DNA of 64,000 nt from Sulfurimonadaceae bacterium. GTDB lineage: Bacteria; Campylobacterota; Campylobacteria; Campylobacterales; Sulfurimonadaceae. Every line of letters begins with the position of its first letter. Position 1 is the first letter of the stretch. Positions 11,107-22,100 of this stretch are shown piece after piece. A model generated the notes under the pieces. It did not search any database. It saw nothing but the letters and a program-made list of their open reading frames with translations, and was not told where the DNA came from. Both the position numbers and the translations under genes were made by a program. The stretch is taken from positions 64,001-128,000 of the forward strand of contig JBFFUI010000002.1 of NCBI GenBank assembly GCA_041571435.1. The letters run 5' to 3'.

Positions 11107-13527
11107 CTAGACCAGCATTTTTGACATTACTTCCTCGATTCTTGAGACAGGTGTAATGACAAGTGCCTCTTTGACTTCATCCGGAATCTCATCAAGATCG
11201 CGTTCGTAGTTTTTCTGAGGAATAATAACCTCCTTCATACCAGCCTTGTGCGCTGCGATCAGTTTCTCTTTCAGACCGCCGATCGGCATGACGACACCCG
11301 TTAATGAGACCTCACCGGTCATTGCGATATCAGAACGAATCTTTTTGCCGCTAAGGATCGAAGCGATCGTTGTACACATCGCAATTCCTGCGCTAGGACC
11401 GTCTTTAGGCGTTGCACCGTCCGGAACATGGATGTGGAGGTCATAACGCTTATAGACCTCGCTGCTGTCCACTGACAGCTTCTCTTCGATCTCTTTGGCA
11501 CTTAAAGGAAGTTGGTTTTTATCGATGACAAGTTTCTTCGTATCGATCAGTGTTTTAACCACACTCATCGCGATACGCGCCGACTCTTTCATCACATCGC
11601 CGAGACTACCCGTCAGCTGGAACGTCCCTTTTCCTTTAATACGGATGCTCTCTATTTTAAGCACATCTCCGCCGACAGCCGTCCAGGCAAGACCATTGAC
11701 AACTCCTACCCTGTCAATGTTGTCCGTTTTGTCGATCTCGAACACCGTTTTGTCTAAAAACTGTTTAAGGTTTTTCAGTGATATAGTGACTTTGCTTTTG
11801 TTCGGATTTTCCAAAATGATCTTGGCCGCTTTGCGTGTCACATCAGCAATACGCCGACGTAGATTACGGACACCCGCTTCTCGGGTATAGCTCGCGATTA
11901 TCTCTTTGAGCGCCGGTTTGGAGATAGAGAGTTCCGATGATTTCAACGCGTGTTTTTTCAGCTCTTGCGGCAGAAGATAGCGTTTGGCAATCTCATATTT
12001 CTCTTGAGGCGTATAGGAACTGACACCGATAAACTCCATACGATCGCGCAGTGGTGCAGGAATACGACCGACATCATTGGCTGTCGCAATGAAAATAACA
12101 TTACTGAGATCGATGTTGAAGTTGGTGTAGTAGTCTCTGAACGCACTGTTCTGTTCAGGGTCAAGAATCTCCAGCAGTACCGCTGTCGGATCCCCACGTC
12201 CTGAACGTCCTACCTTGTCGATCTCATCGAGGACGATAATAGGATTCATCTTCTTGGCATCAATTAGCCCCTGCACAATACGGCCCGGCATCGCACCGAT
12301 ATAGGTACGACGATGACCGCGAAGTTCATTGACATCTTCGAGACCGCCCAAAGCAATACGGATAAGCGGACGCTTCAGAGCCGTAGCGATAGAGTTGGCT
12401 AATGAAGTCTTACCCACGCCTGGAGGGCCTGCGAAGCAGAGAATCGCCCCGGCCTGTTTGCCCTCTTTTTTACCGCGAAGTTCCAACAGCTCTTTTACAG
12501 AAAAATACTCAGCGATCCGTTCTTTCGGCTTCTTGAGCGAGAAGTGGTCTTTGTCCAACTGCTTTTCCACCTCTAGTATATCCGTCTTCTTCTTTGCAAG
12601 GTCGCCAAACGGTATTTCAAGGACCCATTCAAGATAGCTTTGAATCATACCTGCGTCTGCAGAATCGGGATGCATTCTCGAAAAGCGCTCTAACTGTTTA
12701 TTGATCTCTTTGTAGACATCTTCGCCCATCTTGGACTTTTTGGCTTCGAGCTTTTTACGGTACTCCTCAATCTCTTCGTCACGTTGATTGTCCGTCCCAA
12801 GCTCTTTTTGGATCTGCTTCAGCTGCTCTTTTAAAAAGTACTCTTTATTGACCTTCTCGATACGGTCCTGTACTTTGGAACGGATCTCTTTTTGAAGTTT
12901 ATTTGCCTCAATCTCACTGACAAGGATGTCGATCAGCATCAGAAAACGCTTCTCTATGTCCGCTTCGATAAAAAGCTTATAGGCCTCATCTTTTTTCATC
13001 TTTATAGTGCTGCAGATAAGATCGGCAATACGGTTATGCTCATGGTTCTCTTCGATCGTACGCAAAAGGTCCGGCGGGAAATAGCCGCTGACCTGTGACA
13101 GTGTACGCACTTTTTCACGTACCACTTCAATGATGGCATCCATCTTCAATTCGTTTGCCTCAAGCGGCTCTATATTATCTACCGTCGCATGAAGAATCGG
13201 TTCTGTCGTCAACGGCGTCACTATACGGCCGCGTGCCAGACCCTGAAAAAGAACTTTGACACGCCCATCTGGAAGTGCCACCTTACGCATGATCGAGCCT
13301 ATCACACCTGCATCGTAGATTGCATCAAAGTCACGTTCGCCTTCATGCTCATCTTTCGTGGGACAGACAATCACCAGTGAATCGTTCTCAATGGCTTCGG
13401 TTGCCGCTGCAATATTTTTCTCATCGCTCAAAAACAGCGGTGAGATCATAAAAGGGTATAAAAAGATATCATCTTCGGCAATAACGGGTAAATCTGTTGG
13501 AAAATTATCATAGCTGTCTAGTTGCAT
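11107..13527 (-). CDS. lon: ATP-dependent Lon protease
   Basis: GPPGVGKT, VLDEIDK, PKDGPSAG, IGGLKEK. Confidence 0.98.
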   Translation of the reverse strand: MQLDSYDNFPTDLPVIAEDDIFLYPFMISPLFLSDEKNIAAATEAIENDSLVIVCPTKDEHEGERDFDAIYDAGVIGSIMRKVALPDGRVKVLFQGLARGRIVTPLTTEPILHATVDNIEPLEANELKMDAIIEVVREKVRTLSQVSGYFPPDLLRTIEENHEHNRIADLICSTIKMKKDEAYKLFIEADIEKRFLMLIDILVSEIEANKLQKEIRSKVQDRIEKVNKEYFLKEQLKQIQKELGTDNQRDEEIEEYRKKLEAKKSKMGEDVYKEINKQLERFSRMHPDSADAGMIQSYLEWVLEIPFGDLAKKKTDILEVEKQLDKDHFSLKKPKERIAEYFSVKELLELRGKKEGKQAGAILCFAGPPGVGKTSLANSIATALKRPLIRIALGGLEDVNELRGHRRTYIGAMPGRIVQGLIDAKKMNPIIVLDEIDKVGRSGRGDPTAVLLEILDPEQNSAFRDYYTNFNIDLSNVIFIATANDVGRIPAPLRDRMEFIGVSSYTPQEKYEIAKRYLLPQELKKHALKSSELSISKPALKEIIASYTREAGVRNLRRRIADVTRKAAKIILENPNKSKVTISLKNLKQFLDKTVFEIDKTDNIDRVGVVNGLAWTAVGGDVLKIESIRIKGKGTFQLTGSLGDVMKESARIAMSVVKTLIDTKKLVIDKNQLPLSAKEIEEKLSVDSSEVYKRYDLHIHVPDGATPKDGPSAGIAMCTTIASILSGKKIRSDIAMTGEVSLTGVVMPIGGLKEKLIAAHKAGMKEVIIPQKNYERDLDEIPDEVKEALVITPVSRIEEVMSKMLV

Positions 13528-13788
13528 TAAAACTCCTGATTTATATAGTATTCGGTATCTCTATCTCCCTTTTTGATCAATAAGGATATGAGAGATGTTT
13601 TTGTATTTTGTACGAAAGGTGTATTGATACGTTAATAATAGCAAAACACCCTGTAAAACAGTTTGCATTTTGTATTCTATAGGTTATGACTGAAGTTTAC
13701 CCGGCTAATAAAAAAGCACAGATAATTTATAATCTAAAATTTAACATCCGTTGGTACCCGGGTTAAACGCACACTGTGACTCTACTTC

Positions 13789-14529
13789 TTACTCTCTGCT
13801 TTCTCTCTCTATGACTTTGACCTGTCCTTGACTGTTACGCGAAACAACACTTTGTGTATCCGGTATCATAAACGCGTACCAGCTTTCTGTACCGTCACCT
13901 TCAAAGATCTCTTTGTACCAGGCGATATCGGCTTTTTCGACATCATCCCAGTTAACCCAGTCCTCTCTGCGCACATTACGGTAGTGCTCGGCACCCATAG
14001 GTTTGTCAAGGCGTTCATACAAAAGTGCTATGCTCTCATTTAGACTGGCACGAGCCAAGACCAGCCGCGTCACCATCGTATCTACGATAGGATAATAGAT
14101 AGAGTGCGGGTACTTTGTCTTAAAATTGTTACCGGCCATAATAGCCTCGTTGATCAGCCCCTGATCGCGACGCGGGTTTGGCAGGGCCATATATTTTGCT
14201 TTTATTTTGAGATACTCGCTGTACTCCAGTTCACCCGGTGTTGCATAACGCTTGATGTACTCGTTTAAAAAGTGTTCAGCGAGCAGATACTCTTCATACT
14301 GCAGATGTGACTGGGCCATGATCATTGTCGCCTCAGGCAACAGCGGTGAACCGATATGCTCACTCTGGAGAGAGCTGTAGTAATTGTCTGCTTTGTCAAG
14401 ATTGCCCTCGGAGACCGACTCGATCATCCGTTTGTACCAATACGCCGCAGGTTTGTTGTACTCTTCAACATCTTTGCTGCAACCCGTCAGGAAAAGAAGA
14501 AATGCTGCCAATAGAAAAATCTGTCTCAT
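13789..14529 (-). CDS. bamD: Outer membrane protein assembly factor BamD (lipoprotein)
   Basis: Lipobox LTG-C, YNKPA.YWY, TPR-like helices, RDQ motif; upstream of lon. Confidence 0.88.
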   Translation of the reverse strand: MRQIFLLAAFLLFLTGCSKDVEEYNKPAAYWYKRMIESVSEGNLDKADNYYSSLQSEHIGSPLLPEATMIMAQSHLQYEEYLLAEHFLNEYIKRYATPGELEYSEYLKIKAKYMALPNPRRDQGLINEAIMAGNNFKTKYPHSIYYPIVDTMVTRLVLARASLNESIALLYERLDKPMGAEHYRNVRREDWVNWDDVEKADIAWYKEIFEGDGTESWYAFMIPDTQSVVSRNSQGQVKVIERESRE

Positions 14530-14698
14530 ATACTCTCAATACTCAATGATAAAGTCCCTGATCCACGTCAGTATCAGGGGCTCTTTTTATTAAAAAACTT
14601 ATTTTATCGAAGATGTGGTTAATCGAGCGTACTATTGTCATATTATCGCGCTTTTCAATCATTTGGCGATATACTTAAACAAAAAAAAGGTGACCAGC

Positions 14699-16498
14699 TT
14701 GATAGAGCCAAAAGATCTTGAGAAGTTCAAACGTCTTGGTGTTCAAAGCATAACTGCGCTTGCGACTATCGCACCGACTGCTTATGAAGACAAACGCATC
14801 CACTCCAAGATGCTCATGGACAAGATGCAGGTTGTCGATGCCACGGTTGAACAGATATCACGCTCACCTAAACGTACAGTTGTCACACTTTTTGCCCATA
14901 ATTTCAACCACCGTATCGAAGCGGTACTTTTCAATCCCAAACCCTATCTTCTCAGGCATTTTGTCATTGGCGAACAGAGCTTTTTTTATGGCAAGATCAA
15001 CTGCAGCAGCGGGCACTGCCAGATGACCCATCCACTCAAGATCGACCAAATAGGCACCATCATCCCTAAATACAAAACAGCGCTTAGAGCCGATGTTATG
15101 CGCCGCCTCATCGAACGCTACATTAACAGTGACAACCTGAGAGCAGAAGGGCTCCCCGATGCTGTCATCAATATCCTTCTGAGCATTCATTTTCCGTCAT
15201 CGGAACAGGGGTCGAGACTCTCACCACATCAGGTTCAGGCACTGAAGTTTGCCGAACTCTACGACTATATGAAAGTGCTTGGCAACAAAAGGCGCTACTT
15301 CCCAGCCCTGCATCAGCTTACCGGGAACTGGCAGGAGTGGGCAGAGCGGCTCCCTTTCACTCTGACTAACGAGCAGGTCGATGCTATTGAAGCGATCCAA
15401 CATGACCTGAGAAAAGAGGTATCGGCCAAGCGTATGGTGGTCGGCGATGTCGGTTCCGGAAAGACTATGGTCATCCTGGCTTCGGCACTAATGGCACAGC
15501 CTCACCGTGCTATCTTGATGGCACCGACAACCATCCTGGCAAACCAGCTGTTTGAAGAGGCGCAGAAACATCTGCCTCACCTTAATAGCGTTCTTGTGCA
15601 AAACAGTACCAACAATACTCTTGACCTCGCCCAATATGACTTTATCATCGGTACCCATGCCCTGCTCTATCGCGAACTGCCGCCCAGCGGGCTCATCATG
15701 ATCGACGAACAACACCGTTTTGGCACCGCACAGCGAAAACTTTTGGAACAACTCCTTACCAAAGGTGACAAACGGCCCCATTTTATACAGTTCTCGGCGA
15801 CACCAATACCGCGTACCCAAGCGATGATCGACTCTGCCCATATTGATGTCAGTCTCATAACGCAGACCCCATTTGAAAAAGATATCGATACCTCTGTTAT
15901 CCACAAGAGTGATTTTCCTGAGCTGTTGAAAAAGATAGAAGAGGAGCTCGCATTAAAGCACCAGGTCCTCATCATCTATCCCCTTGTTGAACAGAGCGAT
16001 GCTTTGGCCTATCAGAGTATCGATGAGGCACGTACATATTGGGAAAAACGGTTCAGTAATGTCTATGTGACCCATGGCAAGGATAAGAACAAAGAAGCAG
16101 TGTTGGCTGAATATAGAGAAAGAGGCAATATACTGCTGGCTACGACAGTCGTCGAAGTCGGCATCTCCCTCCCACAACTTACCACGATCGTCATTGTAGG
16201 TGCTGAGCGTCTAGGCCTCTCCACTCTTCATCAACTGCGCGGACGCGTCAGCCGTAATGGTCTCAAGGGCTACTGCTATCTCTATACCAATATGCCCAAA
16301 AGCGAACGTCTTGATGCCTTTGTCAAAACAGACAACGGCTTCGATATCGCGGCACTTGATCTGAAGTTTAGAAAAAGCGGTGACCTGCTTGTCGGTAAAA
16401 TACAGAGCGGCGACAAGTTCAGATGGGTAGACATGGGTGAAGATGAAGCTATTGTTCAAAAGGTGATGATGACTTTACATACAAGCGAAAGTGCATAA
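14699..16498 (+). CDS. recG: ATP-dependent DNA helicase RecG
   Basis: GDVGSGKT, DEQHRFG, SATPIPRT, HQLRGRV; start moved to TTG 14699 (TATACT -10 at 14670, AAGG RBS). Confidence 0.95.
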   Translation: MIEPKDLEKFKRLGVQSITALATIAPTAYEDKRIHSKMLMDKMQVVDATVEQISRSPKRTVVTLFAHNFNHRIEAVLFNPKPYLLRHFVIGEQSFFYGKINCSSGHCQMTHPLKIDQIGTIIPKYKTALRADVMRRLIERYINSDNLRAEGLPDAVINILLSIHFPSSEQGSRLSPHQVQALKFAELYDYMKVLGNKRRYFPALHQLTGNWQEWAERLPFTLTNEQVDAIEAIQHDLRKEVSAKRMVVGDVGSGKTMVILASALMAQPHRAILMAPTTILANQLFEEAQKHLPHLNSVLVQNSTNNTLDLAQYDFIIGTHALLYRELPPSGLIMIDEQHRFGTAQRKLLEQLLTKGDKRPHFIQFSATPIPRTQAMIDSAHIDVSLITQTPFEKDIDTSVIHKSDFPELLKKIEEELALKHQVLIIYPLVEQSDALAYQSIDEARTYWEKRFSNVYVTHGKDKNKEAVLAEYRERGNILLATTVVEVGISLPQLTTIVIVGAERLGLSTLHQLRGRVSRNGLKGYCYLYTNMPKSERLDAFVKTDNGFDIAALDLKFRKSGDLLVGKIQSGDKFRWVDMGEDEAIVQKVMMTLHTSESA

Positions 16499-16548
16499 CC
16501 TGTTTATCCTGTGCTATAATAATTGTAATCACGCAAAAAGGAAAGTCC

Positions 16549-17082
16549 ATGAATGTCTCAATAACCGGTCGCCAGATCGAACTTACCGAATCTATCAAAG
16601 AGTATGTCAATGCTTCATTAACTTCGATGGAAAAATACAACCTAGACATTATTTCCGCCAATGTCGTCATCGCTAAACAAGAGCGTCATCGCGGTATTTC
16701 ACTTGAATACACCATTAACATTGCAGGAAAGAATACGGTCATCATCAAGCAAAAAGATGACGACCTCTACGCCGCAGCCGATCTTGCCACGGACCGTGCA
16801 CAAAAAGCCCTGCGCCGTCTCAGCAGTAAGATCAACGACCACCGCAATGAAACTCTTAACGAAGCTAAAAACGGTGCCATCAACGTTGACATGCAGAGTG
16901 CCAAAGAGGGGGTCGAGGATGAGATCATACCCCACGAGCTGGACCTTTATAAGCCCCGTGAAGTTGCCGATGTACTCGACGATCTTAAAGAAAGCAACAA
17001 ACAGTTTGAGATCTTTCTAGATATCGAGGGGAAGACACGCGTACTTTACAAACGTAATGACGGGAAGTTTGGGCTCTACTAA
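16549..17082 (+). CDS. hpf: Ribosome hibernation promoting factor (long HPF/RaiA)
   Basis: ITGRQIELTESIKEY, DDLYAA.D, VLYKRNDGKFGL; TGcTATAAT promoter upstream. Confidence 0.92.
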   Translation: MNVSITGRQIELTESIKEYVNASLTSMEKYNLDIISANVVIAKQERHRGISLEYTINIAGKNTVIIKQKDDDLYAAADLATDRAQKALRRLSSKINDHRNETLNEAKNGAINVDMQSAKEGVEDEIIPHELDLYKPREVADVLDDLKESNKQFEIFLDIEGKTRVLYKRNDGKFGLY

Positions 17083-17151
17083 GCGTTAATGAGGACGGAT
17101 TACACGATTAGTCGTGCATCCTGATATATCTTTACAGAGGGTTGAATCGTT

Positions 17152-17622
17152 TTACAGTTTTTGCAGTGTTCTACGGTGATAACGGATCGGTTCACTTAAG
17201 TTCAGACTTGCATTATCGGAAACGTACACATCGATCAGCATTGAACCGTTGGATTCAGGCGTTAGGATATTTGGTATATAGACAGCGCAATCTCCTCCTG
17301 CAGTGGCCAGTGGCCCAAAACCTATATACTGAACGGTAACATTGATATCAAATATCGGGTTTACGGCATCAGGGTAAACAGCCGTAAAACCGTTCATACA
17401 GTCTCCTCCAGAACGGTCAAACCCTGAAACCCGTAATAATGCATATTCTACAGCACTTTTGGCAAGCAGTTGTGCCTGCTCATTCACATAGACATTGGTT
17501 GTACGTTTTGCGGTCTCGGTTGTCGATGACAACATATATGATAGCAGTGTAGCGATCAGAATCATGAAGAAGATCGCCATGATCATGGCAAAGCCATTAC
17601 GTTTAGGTTGATAAGTTCGCAT
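17152..17622 (-). CDS. MshP/PilX-like minor pilin
   Basis: Class III signal KRNG|FAMIMAIFF lacking Glu5; QAQLLAKSAVEYA. Confidence 0.75.
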   Translation of the reverse strand: MRTYQPKRNGFAMIMAIFFMILIATLLSYMLSSTTETAKRTTNVYVNEQAQLLAKSAVEYALLRVSGFDRSGGDCMNGFTAVYPDAVNPIFDINVTVQYIGFGPLATAGGDCAVYIPNILTPESNGSMLIDVYVSDNASLNLSEPIRYHRRTLQKL

Positions 17623-18467
17623 TAGAACACCACCTTTTCTTTACAGATAGAGTATTCACCGACACCGGTCACGTTGTTGTCACCTACACAGACCTGAATA
17701 ATCATTATATCACCCATAGGCGTAAATTTAAAGCTGGTAACATCGTCTGAGATGAGCGATTGGGTTCTCTCGCTCGGGACACTGATCTGATCTCCAGACC
17801 AAGGTTGATAGTCATGATAAAGAAAGAGATTTCGCCCTTCCAGGCTCACAGCATATGCTGTTTTGGCAAGTTGATAATATTCATAAACATCGACGTTCGT
17901 AAAGTTACCATCAGTCGTAGTTAAAATATTAGCTGTCGTAATAGTAATCGGATGCATCGCGACACCGACTTGTGTTCCAATATCAGTACCGTCCCAACCA
18001 AAGGCGCTACTGTTAAGGTCGACATTACTACCAATAAAGAAAATTGCCATGTCATCTGCTGATGTACTTGTACCTTGACTGACCAATGCCGTTGGAGTAG
18101 ATGCTGTCAAATCTATAAAACCACTCCATTCAGGTAATGTGGAGCCAGCGGTAGAACCACGCCATCCATCAACATCCATGCTGATCCACTCTAAAACATT
18201 TCTGGTCGCACTAGTTGCATCAGCGATTGGTATAATAATGTTACTGCCGACATTCGTTCGCGAAATAGTTGAATCTTTGATGCGATACTGCAAACGGTTG
18301 GCAATCAGTTTTACTGCTGATTCACTCTGGTTTTCCAGACGATTAAAGGTGTTGGAGTAGACATAATTCTCATATATCTTATATAAAAGATCCGCTCCGA
18401 ATTTGGACAATATTCCAAAGATAACAATAACAAAGACGAGTTCGAGTAGTGTAAATCCCTTACGCAT
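17622..18467 (-). CDS. MshO/PilW-like prepilin-type protein
   Basis: MRKG|FTLLELVFVIVIFGIL N-methylation motif. Confidence 0.85.
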   Translation of the reverse strand: MRKGFTLLELVFVIVIFGILSKFGADLLYKIYENYVYSNTFNRLENQSESAVKLIANRLQYRIKDSTISRTNVGSNIIIPIADATSATRNVLEWISMDVDGWRGSTAGSTLPEWSGFIDLTASTPTALVSQGTSTSADDMAIFFIGSNVDLNSSAFGWDGTDIGTQVGVAMHPITITTANILTTTDGNFTNVDVYEYYQLAKTAYAVSLEGRNLFLYHDYQPWSGDQISVPSERTQSLISDDVTSFKFTPMGDIMIIQVCVGDNNVTGVGEYSICKEKVVF

Positions 18468-19159
18468 TAAAATCTCCTCTTGGCAAAGTCAATCTCACCG
18501 ATGTTACAGGTATAAGCCCGTAATCTTGCGATGACCTCATTGACACCATCTACCGTTGCGTTGATTTCAACCTGTGTCATCTTCATATTGCTTTGCACTC
18601 CCGGTGCCCCTGCCGTAAAGACGAATGGGGTCGCAAAAGTGTCCGGTACATACTGTCTTTTTGCTGTAATAGTAAAACTTCTTTTATATCCAGCACTGTC
18701 AGCAATAGAATTACTGATATCATGAGCCAAGGTTGTCACCGCATTGTCAGGTAATGCCGGATAGTGCGAAGGATCTGTGGCATTATATTCAAAAAAGCTT
18801 CGGTGCAGATCCTCATTGAGGCCTCCAACGCGAATCGAACTGTTGACATCGGTTCGTCCATAGGTAGATCCTACTGCCCCGACATCAAGTATTTTACTTA
18901 ATGACACTGCCGTAGCTGTCCCTTCCAAGGAGTTATCATCCCAAATGAGTGTCGTTGTCTCTGACAAAACAGCCGACACCAGGAAGATCGCTTCTTGCGC
19001 GGCACTAACTTCTAGTGCTTTGTTGTTGACCTGTATCATCATCGGTATTGTCAGCATGACAACAGCAATAACGACAATGGCGAAAATAAGTTCAATCATT
19101 GTAAACGCACGTCGCATCAAACGTCGGGCGTTATTTGCTAGAGTTCGACCTCTTACCAT
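18467..19159 (-). CDS. MshD/PilV-like prepilin-type protein
   Basis: RRA|FTMIELIFAIVVIAVVMLTIP; translationally coupled to both neighbours. Confidence 0.85.
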   Translation of the reverse strand: MVRGRTLANNARRLMRRAFTMIELIFAIVVIAVVMLTIPMMIQVNNKALEVSAAQEAIFLVSAVLSETTTLIWDDNSLEGTATAVSLSKILDVGAVGSTYGRTDVNSSIRVGGLNEDLHRSFFEYNATDPSHYPALPDNAVTTLAHDISNSIADSAGYKRSFTITAKRQYVPDTFATPFVFTAGAPGVQSNMKMTQVEINATVDGVNEVIARLRAYTCNIGEIDFAKRRF

Positions 19160-22100
19160 CGAATTCTCCTGTTAGTGTTTCTGTTTTTCTTACCGGAGCT
19201 ATCTTTCACAGACTCCGCCGCACCCGTATCGCTCGACCAGGATCCCGGTCCATAATATTCAAGTTCACCACGTATCTCAGTCGCAGGGTCCGGTTTATAT
19301 TTATCATATATCAACCATGATTGTGTCCCTGCAGTTAAACTGCTTGGCACTGTTACGGTACCTTTATACGGGAACCCTTTTGAACCATCATAGCTATAAG
19401 AAGCCGACGTCGTCTGTGTGCTATGTGTAAAGACTGGGGTAATACCACCATCCGGAATATTTTGTGTAGAAAAGGTCACATTACCGTCAGTAGCCGTATT
19501 GTGCAAGGTATTGCGATACCAGTTTACGCTGTCAACACTTCGTTTAGGCGATGTTCCCAACAGATCAGTGATCAATGTCTGATTATAATCTGCAGCACCC
19601 TTGTCGCCATAGAACTCATAGAAGAACGTTACGTTGCCGGCACATGGTGCACCGGTACACATGGCACGCGTACGCGGCATATGGCTACGCCCGTACACGA
19701 AAGTAAGGTTCTCATCATCACTGTCTGTACCGGCAATGTTTGCCGTACCTTCAGGTGCAGTTCCCGTATAATTGGAATTAACATCTACGATGACGTCACT
19801 GCCAAAAACTCTGAACGGGTTTACCGGCTTATTGGTTTGACGAATATAATTGAACCAGAATGCCAATGTTTCGTTGCTCTCGTTCCAATTCAAATCTCTA
19901 TAACCATCAGTAAAACCGATAAGTTTTGCAGTACTGATCTCATGTTCGATCGTAGGCAATCCTGCCGGAGTCGGCACTGTCATCAATACGGTCACATTAT
20001 GTTCATATCCAAATAGAGGGACATCTGTGAAGTTGACTGTCGTTGCATTATTTTCATTTTCTGCCCATATCTGTACATGCATATGTGGCGTCATATTCGC
20101 ATCATTAGAGAGGTAGGTAAATCCGTTGCTGCTATTATTAAGATCCACTATCACCTTGAAATGGTCCGGTATAAACATTACATCAACATTTCCACACACA
20201 TAAGCACCATCAGGATTACATGTCATCGGTGTATCGTCAAAATCCACCTCTGACCAGTTTGCATCGACCAGATCGATCGTAATATGTCCCACTTCATTAT
20301 AATTGTAGACTGCAGGTGTCACAGTCACTCCATTTACGAAGTTTCCACCACCACTTAAATTTCCAGTCGTCGAACCAGCCAAAGTGTTGTGGATTACGCC
20401 GTCTGAACCATACTTGGTAACATTGTCATCAAGGTTGGCAATAGACTGATCATAACTCGATGTATTTTCATCAATGTAGTCATACGCAACAATCGTGATG
20501 TTATAATCCTTACCTGCTCGCAACAGATCGGGGTAGCTTATTTCTGACGAACTGATATCATAGCGGTCAGGTCGAACGGCGAAATTGTCTTTTGACAGTG
20601 CTTGTATCTCAGGACCAACTAGACACGAGAGACATGCGGGTTCACTATCAAAAGGCGCAATATACGGGAAGCCGGAGTTACCGGCATTTGAGCTACATGG
20701 GCCATATGGTTGGCCGTTGCTGGCAGTCCATATATTCAGACAAGTGTCTGCAGTATTGATAAAGACCTCTTCGAGCCTTGACTCACTGTTGAAACATGCT
20801 GATATTTCTGCCAGGTTACCGTTTTTACTCGCGCGCAAGATACACTGCTCTTCCTGTGCTGACAATGTAGAGCTTAAGATGTTATACCGGGCTGCGATCT
20901 TGGCATCGCGTGACGCTTTTGGTATTGTAAACGACCCTGTCGATGATGTCGCAACGACATTTTTTGATGTCTTGTCTATCTGTGCAGTGACCAGTGTACC
21001 GTCAGGATATTTCAGAGGCGACAGCTTAGAATATAACCCTGTAGCAGGATCGATTTCCGCCAGTTCCAAGATCATTGCAAACGGCGTTCCGTCAAAATCT
21101 TCCGGTGCGCCGTCCGGGTTCTCTCCCAAATAGACGATATCAACTGCCAATGGTTTTTCCGTCACCTTAGTTGTGATAACAGAAGCCGCCCCATTATCAT
21201 AAGTTGCCTCATCAAAGTTATCAAGCACGTCTACTTTTCCAAATGTCACAGCTCCAGAATCTGAAGGGTAGCTGGCACTACAAGGCGGAATCTCACCGTT
21301 AAAAACCAGACCGTCTCGCATATAACTTCCGTATAAGCTCACGCTGCTCACTCCGCTAGCATCCGTATCTATATCTGTGGCCAGTATGCTTCTAAAAGGG
21401 TTCAAAATCGTCGCGTTATATTCATAACCGTTGGATGTTCCATCTGAGAATGGGCCACAGTCTGCGTTTGAATCACAAGTCCCTAATGTCGTAGGAGGTG
21501 TATACACTTTTTTGACATTAACATAATAGACCACTTTAAGTGGGTTTTGATTACCGACACTCACGAATGAAGTACAATTGGAACCAAGATAGAAGCTGTC
21601 TATAGCCGTACAGTTTTGGCTCCCCTGATCATCAAAACCTGAGTCATAATAACAGAGGTCGTCTGCCGTTGCGGTATCGACAAACTCGGTCGCTATACTG
21701 GAGATGTTGTTAAGGATATCACCATCGTTGCTGCTTTCAACATAAGCACTGTTGGTCACATAAGTATGCGTGGACGGTCCGGTCACTTCTATTGTGATCG
21801 TGTCGGTGGCACCGCTTGCAAAATCACCAGTGTAGGCACAACTTAGATTTCGATCGGCAGTGACATAACTACAATTCCACCCTGCGGGTGCGGTGTAGCC
21901 TATATATGTCACACTCGACGAAACGATATCCCAGACGACGACATCGGTAGCAGCCTCCGCACCTTGGTTTGTTACATCGATAGTATAATTGATGTCAGTA
22001 CTGACCTGTTTGATCTTCGGTGCATCTTTTACCACCGTCATATCTGAAATCGTACTGAGCAGTGTTAACGTTGCTACAGAAGGGTCGATGTAACACTCAC

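Noticed and set aside
13528-13788. HrcA (CIRCE) or HspR (HAIR) operator upstream of lon
   Set aside because: Neither consensus found; only an imperfect hairpin near 13558-13597.
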